Shown here one piece after another: positions 51,716-52,626 of a stretch of 52,626 nucleotides of DNA; positions within the stretch are counted from its first letter, which is position 1; every line of letters begins with the position of its first letter. The DNA comes from a virus (taxonomy: Duplodnaviria; Caudoviricetes). The translations under genes were made by a program, and so were the position numbers. Where the stretch lies: the IMG/VR virus record IMGVR_UViG_3300043447_000045, positions 1-52,626 of that record; one strand, written 5' to 3'. Below the pieces are notes generated by a model, which made no database searches, was not told the DNA's origin, and saw nothing but the letters and a program-made list of their open reading frames with translations.

Positions 51716-52626
51716 TTATATGTTAGGTACTGAAACTGTAGGTGTGCCCCAAGAGTTAGTAAGGTTTGTAGTTTCTGGTGGGTTAACAGTACAAGTACAG
51801 GTTGTGCCTGCGTTTACTTTATTGCCACCAATGTCTGAACTTACGTCAACACGGGCAGTAAGGGTAATAGTACCACTGCCGTTATAAGCTGCAGTTACGT
51901 AAATTCTAGAGTTAGTAGTATAGTTAGTTGTGTGCGCGGCAGCTCCGTTAACGCCACCAGCACCACCGCCCAGATAGGTTACGTCTGACGCTTGTGTATG
52001 AACTGTTTGGGCGCCACTTGTTAAACTGTAGAAGCCTAAGCCTGTGTTAGTACTAGTGCCGGATGGTGTCGAGCCGCCAATTTGAGTTATGCCCGTGTAT
52101 GTTGTGCCAGCAATAGTACAGCCGCCAGATGATAGCACGATTGTGCCAAGGTCACTACATAAGTCACTTACCAGAGTGTTAATGGTACTTGCTTGGGTAG
52201 AGTGCCCCATTGATAGTCTGATTTGACCACCGCAGTTAAAGAAGTAGCGTGCCGCGTTATTGCTAGAGAATGATACTGTTGCTGTAAACGTAATCTCGGT
52301 GCCCCAAGCGGAGCCTCTAGAGCCGGTAGAACTAGTAGAACTGCCCTGTGAGGAGGCATTCATTCTGTTATTTTCTAAGGAGGTTAGGTTAGCACTTAGG
52401 TTAGTTAGGAACTGGATCAATCCGCCAACTGCTGGCGCTGGTGTTAGGGATACTGTAGTACCTTGGTGGGCACCGGCAGTTACCATTGACGCTACTAAGG
52501 TTTGCCATGGGTTGACGTTAACAGTGTTATTAACAACAGCTACGTTTGCCGCAGATAGCTGGTTAGTGGTTGTGTTTTGACCATAGCCAAAGTTACCAGT
52601 GCCGGTTGTGTCGCCCCAGATTCTGT
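51716..52626 (-). CDS. virion structural protein, paralog 3; N-terminus lies beyond the right edge
   Basis: frame stays open past 52486 (RIWGDTTGTGNFGYGQ...); ARYFFNCGGQ. Confidence 0.7.
   Translation of the reverse strand, partial: RIWGDTTGTGNFGYGQNTTTNQLSAANVAVVNNTVNVNPWQTLVASMVTAGAHQGTTVSLTPAPAVGGLIQFLTNLSANLTSLENNRMNASSQGSSTSSTGSRGSAWGTEITFTATVSFSSNNAARYFFNCGGQIRLSMGHSTQASTINTLVSDLCSDLGTIVLSSGGCTIAGTTYTGITQIGGSTPSGTSTNTGLGFYSLTSGAQTVHTQASDVTYLGGGAGGVNGAAAHTTNYTTNSRIYVTAAYNGSGTITLTARVDVSSDIGGNKVNAGTTCTCTVNPPETTNLTNSWGTPTVSVPNI

Noticed and set aside
1-52626. Stop-codon recoding, as seen in some large phages
   Set aside because: Standard code gives full-length, densely packed, coupled genes, and conserved enzymes are uninterrupted.

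Overview
This window is part of a large lytic dsDNA phage genome (jumbo/T4-related myovirus style). The host is probably Gram-negative, based on a two-component spanin pair and a phage-encoded outer-membrane beta-barrel. Standard genetic code; genes are densely packed and mostly on the minus strand. Gene order, left to right: (1) replication/chaperone genes (Hc1 histone-like protein, RFC/gp44-like clamp loader, GroES, stand-alone DnaE fragment); (2) very large virion proteins (2574-aa repeat fibre, 701-aa protein, 1868-aa Ig-repeat protein); (3) lysis genes (GH19 endolysin, split Rz/Rz1) and a thermonuclease; (4) nucleotide metabolism (thyA, DHFR, free-standing GIY-YIG endonuclease); (5) an early-promoter region with a MoxR AAA+/vWA-metallopeptidase pair; (6) a ~15 kb island of modification enzymes (Fe/2OG oxygenases, QueC-like, five glycosyltransferase-like proteins, AMP-ligase, GNAT, methyltransferase, carbamoyltransferase half, kinase-like, SGNH, radical SAM); (7) three paralogous virion proteins. 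The strongest signal not explained by genes is at ~43.0-43.3 kb. There the + strand switches sharply from C-rich to G-rich, independent of gene orientation. The switch is centred on an AT-rich core with a 14-bp palindrome, flanked by TCCA repeats on the left and TGGA repeats on the right, all inside an ORF. This is a candidate bidirectional replication origin. All functional calls come from motif recognition by eye; no database searches were run.
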